Of a DNA stretch of 50,592 bases, positions 45,679-50,592 are shown piece after piece. A program made the translations under genes and the position numbers. The notes under the pieces were generated by a model. That model was not told the origin of the DNA. It made no database searches and saw nothing but the letters and a program-made list of their open reading frames with translations. Numbering within the stretch: the stretch's first letter is position 1; each line of letters starts with the position of its first letter. Origin of the DNA: Gemmatimonadales bacterium (lineage in GTDB: Bacteria; Gemmatimonadota; Gemmatimonadetes; Gemmatimonadales; GWC2-71-9); assembly GCA_050733015.1 (NCBI GenBank), contig JBOHSB010000316.1:1-50592 (forward strand), in the 5' to 3' direction.

Positions 45679-47018
45679 GCGCGATGCCAGCCATGTCCCC
45701 GAACGACGCCCCGCGCTCCGAGCGCCGCGGCACGCTGCCCCGGAGCCCCGACCGGCTGGCGGACACCGGCCTCACCGGCGACTTCGTGCGCGACCTGCTG
45801 CTCAAGACGCTCTACGTGCAGGGCACCCGCACCGGCCAGCAGCTCTCCGAGTTCGTGGCGCTGCCGTTCGGCCTCATCGACGACGAGCTGCTCACGCTGC
45901 AGCAGCGCCGCTTCATCGAGGTGTGCGGCACCCACGGGCCCAACCGCGGCAGCTACATCTTCGACCTGGTGGGCGACGGGCGCGCCCGGGCCAAGGACGC
46001 CTTCGAGGCCAGCCAGTACGTGGGCCCCGCGCCCGTACCGCTGGCGCAGTACCGCGAGCGGATGGCCATCCAGTCGATTCAGCACGCCCACGTCACCCAG
46101 GACATCCTGCGCGAGGGCCTGAGCCACCTGGTGCTCGAGGACGGCCTGTTCGACATGCTCGGGCCCGCGGTCAACTCGTCCAAGTCCATCTTCCTGTACG
46201 GGCACCCGGGCAACGGCAAGACCGCCATCGCGGAGGCCATCTCGCAGATGCTCGGCGGCACCATCTTCGTGCCCTACGCGGTCGAGGTGGAGGGCCAGAT
46301 CATGACCGTCTTCGATCCGGTGCACCACGAACGGATCGAGGATGGTCCCGCGGCCCCCGGCACCGAGGGCATCTGGCTGCGCAACGAGTCGTATGACCGA
46401 CGCTATGCCCACTGCCGCCGGCCGATCGTCGTCACCGGTGGTGAGCTCACGCTCAACGAACTGGATCTGCAATACGACCCGTTCACCAAGCTGTACCAGG
46501 CCCCGTTCCAGGTGAAGGCCAACGGCGGCGTGCTCATCGTGGACGACTTCGGCCGCCAGCGGGTGCCGCCACGCGACCTGCTCAACCGCTGGATCGTGCC
46601 GCTCGAGAAGCGCATGGACTACCTCACCATGCACACCGGCGGCAAGTTCCCGATCCCGTTCGACTGCCTGCTGATCTTCGCCACCAACCTCGATCCGGCG
46701 GAGCTGGTCGAGGAGGCGTTCCTGCGCCGGATCCACTACAAGATCCCGGTCAACGACCCGACGCGGAAGGAATACGCCCTCATCTTCCAGCGGGTGTGCG
46801 ATGCCGAGGGGATCGGGTTCACGCCCGAGGCCCTGCTGCAGATCGACCGCGACTGGTACAGGGCCATGCGCATCCCGCCGCGGGCCTGCCATCCCCGCGA
46901 CATCCTGGCGCACGTGACCGACATCGCCAAGTACCAGAACGTGCCGCCGCGGCTCTCGACCGACCTGGTGGACCGCGCCTGCCGCTCCTACTTCCTGAGC
47001 AACGAGCAGGATCGCTGA
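45675..47018 (+). CDS. AAA+ ATPase with a roughly 190-aa N-terminal domain
   Basis: ATG at 45675 (caggagg upstream) overlaps the DUF192 stop as ATGA. Walker A FLYGHPGNGKTAIAEAI. Walker B VLIVDDFG. Arg-finger-like EEAFLRRIHYKIPV. Confidence 0.85.
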   Translation: MSAMPAMSPNDAPRSERRGTLPRSPDRLADTGLTGDFVRDLLLKTLYVQGTRTGQQLSEFVALPFGLIDDELLTLQQRRFIEVCGTHGPNRGSYIFDLVGDGRARAKDAFEASQYVGPAPVPLAQYRERMAIQSIQHAHVTQDILREGLSHLVLEDGLFDMLGPAVNSSKSIFLYGHPGNGKTAIAEAISQMLGGTIFVPYAVEVEGQIMTVFDPVHHERIEDGPAAPGTEGIWLRNESYDRRYAHCRRPIVVTGGELTLNELDLQYDPFTKLYQAPFQVKANGGVLIVDDFGRQRVPPRDLLNRWIVPLEKRMDYLTMHTGGKFPIPFDCLLIFATNLDPAELVEEAFLRRIHYKIPVNDPTRKEYALIFQRVCDAEGIGFTPEALLQIDRDWYRAMRIPPRACHPRDILAHVTDIAKYQNVPPRLSTDLVDRACRSYFLSNEQDR

Positions 47019-47022
47019 GCCG

Positions 47023-47736
47023 ATGACCGACCAACCAAGGACGGACGCGCCAGCCCACGGTGGGGACCAGCTGCTCCGCCACATGGCGGAGCGCATCCAG
47101 GGCCTGGAGCGGGAGACCCGCCGGCTGCGCCGGCTGTGGATGGCGACGGTCTTCAGCCTCGCCGTGCTGCTCGGGCTCGGCGCCGCGCTGGTCATCGTAT
47201 CGGCCAAGCACGGGTTTCCCGGCACCGTGGCCGACGTGATCGAGTCCCGCCAGTTCCTCATCCGCGACAAGTCCGGCGCGGTGCGCGGGGCGTGGGGCGC
47301 GGCGGATGACGGCTCGCTCCGGCTGTCACTGCAGGCGTCCGGGAGCCGGGCCGGCGTGAGCCTGACCGCGCTCAAGGGCGGGGCCTCGGGGCTGACCTTC
47401 ACCGACAGCGTCGGCAAGTCGCGCGGCGTGCTGGCCCTGCTGCCGGATGAGACCATGGCGCTGACCTTCGGCGACCGGAACGGGACCACCCGGAGCGCCC
47501 TCGGCCTCAACCCGGAGGGCTCCGCCACGCTGGTCTTCGCCGACCGCACCGGGGCCACCCGCGCCGGCCTCGGCGTCGACAGCCGGGGGGTGGGGACCTT
47601 CACCGTGATCGATCGTCCGGGCGCGGCCCGGACCCCCGAGCCCGAGGCCGACTCCTCGGCGGACCAGGCCGACAGCACGAGCTCGCTGCCCGCTGTCGTG
47701 CCCCAAGCTCCCCAGAGGAAGGGCACCAAGAAGTAG
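47023..47736 (+). CDS. Bitopic membrane protein with six 23-residue repeats
   Basis: Coiled-coil-like N-terminus and TM helix LWMATVFSLAVLLGLGAALVIV. Repeats start at residues 78, 101, 124, 147, 170 and 193 (h.h.D..G..R..LG....G...). Low-complexity basic tail. Confidence 0.7.
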   Translation: MTDQPRTDAPAHGGDQLLRHMAERIQGLERETRRLRRLWMATVFSLAVLLGLGAALVIVSAKHGFPGTVADVIESRQFLIRDKSGAVRGAWGAADDGSLRLSLQASGSRAGVSLTALKGGASGLTFTDSVGKSRGVLALLPDETMALTFGDRNGTTRSALGLNPEGSATLVFADRTGATRAGLGVDSRGVGTFTVIDRPGAARTPEPEADSSADQADSTSSLPAVVPQAPQRKGTKK

Positions 47737-47739
47737 ATC

Positions 47740-48738
47740 ATGCGGATTCTGGTCACCGGCGGCGCCGGCTTCATCGGCTCGCATCTCTCCGATCGCCTGC
47801 TCGCCCAGGGGCACCACGTGGTGTGCCTCGACAACTTCTTCACCGGGCGCCGGGCCAACCTCGAGCACATGCTCGACCATCCCGGCTTCGAGGTGCTGCA
47901 CCACGACGTCTGCGAGCCGCAGTTCACCGAGGTGAACCAGATCTACAACCTGGCCTGTCCCGCCTCGCCGGTGCACTATCAGTACAATCCCGTCAAGACC
48001 GTCAAGTCGAACGTCATGGGCACCCTCAACATGCTGGTGCTGGCCAAGCGGGTCGGCGCCCGCATCCTGCAGGCGTCCACCTCCGAGGTGTACGGCGACC
48101 CCACGGTGCACCCCCAGCCCGAGACCTACTGGGGCAACGTGAACCCGATCGGCCCGCGGGCCTGCTACGACGAGGGGAAGCGCGTGGCCGAGACGCTGAT
48201 GTCCGACTACCACCGGGAAGACGGGGTGGACATCCGCATCGCCCGCATCTTCAACACCTACGGGCCGCGGATGGCGGAGAACGACGGGCGGGTGGTGTCC
48301 AACTTCATCGTGCAGGCGCTGCGCGGGCAGGAGCTGACGCTGTACGGCACCGGCGAGCAGACCCGGTCGTTCTGCTACGTGGAAGACCTGGTGGACGGCC
48401 TGATCCGGCTCATGAACGTCGCGGGCGAGGGCCGGCACGAGCCGGTCAACCTGGGGAACCCGGTCGAGTTCACCATCCGCGAGCTGGCCGAGGAAGTGGT
48501 GAAGGTGGTGGGCGGCGAGGCGCGGGTCACCTACATGCCCCTGCCGCAGGACGACCCGACCCAGCGGCAGCCGGACATCACGCGCGCCCGTGCCTGGCTC
48601 GGCTGGGAGCCGCGGGTCCAGCTGGCGGACGGGCTGGTGCGGACGGTCGAGTATTTCCGGTCGCGGCTCGCGCGGCGGAATCGCGCGGCCATCTCCAAGG
48701 TCGACGACGCCTCGTCATCTCCGGGGTTGCCGGGCTAG
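47740..48738 (+). CDS. uxs: UDP-glucuronate decarboxylase (UDP-xylose synthase)
   Basis: [27 protein letters not shown]. Catalytic CYDEGKR. Full-length SDR-e layout. It starts 3 nt after the previous stop. Confidence 0.93.
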   Translation: MRILVTGGAGFIGSHLSDRLLAQGHHVVCLDNFFTGRRANLEHMLDHPGFEVLHHDVCEPQFTEVNQIYNLACPASPVHYQYNPVKTVKSNVMGTLNMLVLAKRVGARILQASTSEVYGDPTVHPQPETYWGNVNPIGPRACYDEGKRVAETLMSDYHREDGVDIRIARIFNTYGPRMAENDGRVVSNFIVQALRGQELTLYGTGEQTRSFCYVEDLVDGLIRLMNVAGEGRHEPVNLGNPVEFTIRELAEEVVKVVGGEARVTYMPLPQDDPTQRQPDITRARAWLGWEPRVQLADGLVRTVEYFRSRLARRNRAAISKVDDASSSPGLPG

Positions 48739-48760
48739 GGTCGGGGTGCGCGGCTCCAGC

Positions 48761-48862
48761 GGGGCGACGACACTCCCTCCGGGCTCCACAGTGCGGTTCG
48801 TTCCTACTGGCACCACCCCATGCGGAGCCGCACTGACGCGCCTGCGGGAGCGCCGTCGCCCC
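48761..48862 (+). terminator. Nested inverted repeat after uxs (possible terminator or structured RNA)
   Basis: Outer pairing GGGGCGACG (48761-48769) with CGTCGCCCC (48854-48862). Inner pairing CAGTGCGG (48789-48796) with CCGCACTG (48828-48835). No U-tract. Confidence 0.25.
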
Positions 48863-49129
48863 GCCTGGGCCCGACGCTCTCGAACTGGGGGTCAGCAGGC
48901 GCGGCTGGGTTGGGGCGCTGGGGCGCGCAGCGGAGACGGCTCAAGCGCGCGAGCCCCAGCTTCCCGGCCGCGCAACCGTCACCCCCCCAACGCTTTAGCC
49001 AGTCGCTACCCGCAGCCCCGATGCCAGCCGCCCGCCCCCCGCGACGCGCGTCACAGCCTTTTGCCCCGATCGCTCTACATTTGGTCCCTGCACGCTCCCC
49101 GCCTGGCCGACCGTGAACGAGGAGAGCCC

Positions 49130-50592
49130 ATGTCGCGTCGTGTGGTGGTCGTTCGGTGGTCCACGTTCCTGCTCGCCGGCTCGCTGGCGCTCGCGCCGAG
49201 CGGCTGTGCCCGCAATCCGGTGACCGGCAAGAACGAGTTGTCGCTGGTGTCGGAGTCGCAGGAGATCGAGATGGGCAAGCAGTCGGCACAACAGGTGGAG
49301 CAGACCATCGGCTACTACAACGACCCGGGGGTGCAGGCGTACGTCTCCGGAATCGGCCTGAAGATGGCCAAGGCCTCGGAGCGGCCCAACCTGCCGTGGG
49401 AGTTTCACGTGGTGAACGACGCGTCGGTCAACGCCTTCGCGCTGCCCGGCGGCTTCATCTACGTGACCCGGGGCCTCATGACGGCGATCAACGACGAAGC
49501 CGAGCTGGCGACCGTCGTCGGGCACGAGATCGGGCACGTGACCAACCGGCACTCGGTGCAGCAGATCAGCAAGGCCCAGGTGGCCCAGCTCGGGCTGGGA
49601 ATCGGCAGCATCCTGTCGCCCAGCGTGGCTCGCGCGGCCGGCGTCGCCAGCCAGGGACTCCAGGTCCTGTTCCTCAAGTACAGCCGCGACGCCGAGAACC
49701 AGGCCGACCTGGCGGGCTTCCGGTACGCGCTCAACCAGAACTACGACGTGCGCGAGATGACGAACGTGTTCCAGACGCTCGACCGGGTGAGCCAGCAGGC
49801 CGGCGGCGGGAAGCTGCCGGAGTGGCTCGAGACCCACCCCGATCCCGGCACCCGGATCCAGAACACCCAGCAACGGCTCGATACGCTCCACAAGGACCTG
49901 AGCAACGCGATCCGCAACCGCGACCAGTACCTCCAGCACGTTCAGAACATGACGTACGGCGAGGACCCGAGGCAGGGGTTCTTCGAGGGCACCGCGTTCT
50001 ACCACCCCGATCTCCGCTTCCAGGTCACCTTCCCGCAGGGCTGGAAGACGCAGAACGGCGCGGACGCAGTGGTCGCGGCGAGCCCGAACCAGGACGCGGT
50101 CATGCAGCTGAGCCTGGCGGGGCAGACGCCGCCGCAGCAGGCGGCCCAGCAGTTCCTGTCGCAGCAGGGCATGCAGGCGGGCAACACCTCGACCGCGAGC
50201 GTGAACGGTCTCCCGGCGGCCTCGGGCTACTTCGAGGCGCAGACGGAGCAGGGTGCGGTGCGGGGGTTGGTGACGTTCCTGTCGTACAACGGAAACACCT
50301 ACGGCATCCTGGGCTACACCCCGGCCGACAAGCTCACGCAGTACGACCAGGTGTTCCGCCAGGCGATCGGGAGCTTCGGCCCGCTGCGCAACCAGGCCGC
50401 GCTCAGCGTGCAGCCGGCCAAGGTGGAGCTCATGAAGCTGCAGCGCGAGATGACGCTGGAGCAGTTCAACCAGCAGTACCCGTCGTCGATTCCGATCGCG
50501 GAGCTCGCGATCATCAACGAGCTCGAGTCGCCCAGCACGGTGATTCCGGTGGGGCGGACGGTGAAGCGCGTGGTGGGGGGGCGGACTACGGG
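49130..50592 (+). CDS. M48-family zinc metalloprotease, exported; 3'-partial at the window edge
   Basis: Hand translation from the ATG at 49130 (gaggagag upstream): MSRRVVVVRWSTFLLAGSLALAPSGC...VVGHEIGHVTNRH...ENQADLAGF. The frame stays open to 50592. The track lists only the antisense ORF 48995..50005. Confidence 0.9.
   Translation, partial: MSRRVVVVRWSTFLLAGSLALAPSGCARNPVTGKNELSLVSESQEIEMGKQSAQQVEQTIGYYNDPGVQAYVSGIGLKMAKASERPNLPWEFHVVNDASVNAFALPGGFIYVTRGLMTAINDEAELATVVGHEIGHVTNRHSVQQISKAQVAQLGLGIGSILSPSVARAAGVASQGLQVLFLKYSRDAENQADLAGFRYALNQNYDVREMTNVFQTLDRVSQQAGGGKLPEWLETHPDPGTRIQNTQQRLDTLHKDLSNAIRNRDQYLQHVQNMTYGEDPRQGFFEGTAFYHPDLRFQVTFPQGWKTQNGADAVVAASPNQDAVMQLSLAGQTPPQQAAQQFLSQQGMQAGNTSTASVNGLPAASGYFEAQTEQGAVRGLVTFLSYNGNTYGILGYTPADKLTQYDQVFRQAIGSFGPLRNQAALSVQPAKVELMKLQREMTLEQFNQQYPSSIPIAELAIINELESPSTVIPVGRTVKRVVGGRTT

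Noticed and set aside
45660-47927. 755-aa minus-strand ORF
   Set aside because: It is antisense to the AAA+ ATPase, the repeat protein and the start of uxs. Its composition is low complexity (Arg/Pro/Ala/Gly) and it has no motifs.
48804-50005. Minus-strand ORFs 48804..49289 and 48995..50005
   Set aside because: The second is antisense to the clearly motif-bearing M48 peptidase gene, which starts at 49130. The first lies in the gap before that gene and has an Ala/Arg/Pro/Gly-biased composition.

Overview
High-GC bacterial chromosomal window (spot counts about 41-43 G+C per 60 nt in most genes). I saw no rRNA, tRNA, CRISPR array, integrase or transposase. Two themes dominate.

(1) Positions 5578-34179 form a roughly 29-kb envelope-glycan locus in two divergent operons.
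- The minus-strand operon (17607 down to 5578) encodes sugar-tailoring enzymes: an AsnB amidotransferase, DUF354, a fused dehydrogenase/Gfo-Idh-MocA oxidoreductase, two methyltransferases, an AT3 plus SGNH O-acetylation pair and a flippase-like protein.
- The region 16630-34179 is unusually dense. It holds six GT-C/GT87-like polytopic membrane proteins, three polyprenyl-phosphate-sugar-type GT2 enzymes, methyltransferases and a fused membrane/spermidine-synthase-like protein.
- No Wzx/Wzy/Wzz, ABC exporter or initiating phosphoglycosyltransferase is visible.
- The locus carries three gene relics (2944-3021, 8215-8394, 19945-20238) and a pair of roughly 100-nt collinear direct repeats bracketing the O-acetylation cassette. 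Both point to recombination-driven remodelling.

(2) Positions 34721-48738 form a 14-kb Tad/Flp pilus operon: flp, cpaA, tadE, cpaB, cpaC, two TadG-like genes, cpaE, cpaF, tadB, tadC. It continues without a break into a non-canonical trio (DUF192, an AAA+ ATPase, and a membrane-anchored protein with 23-residue repeats) and then a UDP-glucuronate decarboxylase.

The flanks hold an M28 peptidase, a Yip1-like membrane protein, an M50 protease with a secreted partner, and a partial M48 peptidase. Many long ORFs in the track are antisense or alternate-frame artefacts of the high GC content. All functional calls come from motifs read by eye; no database search was possible.
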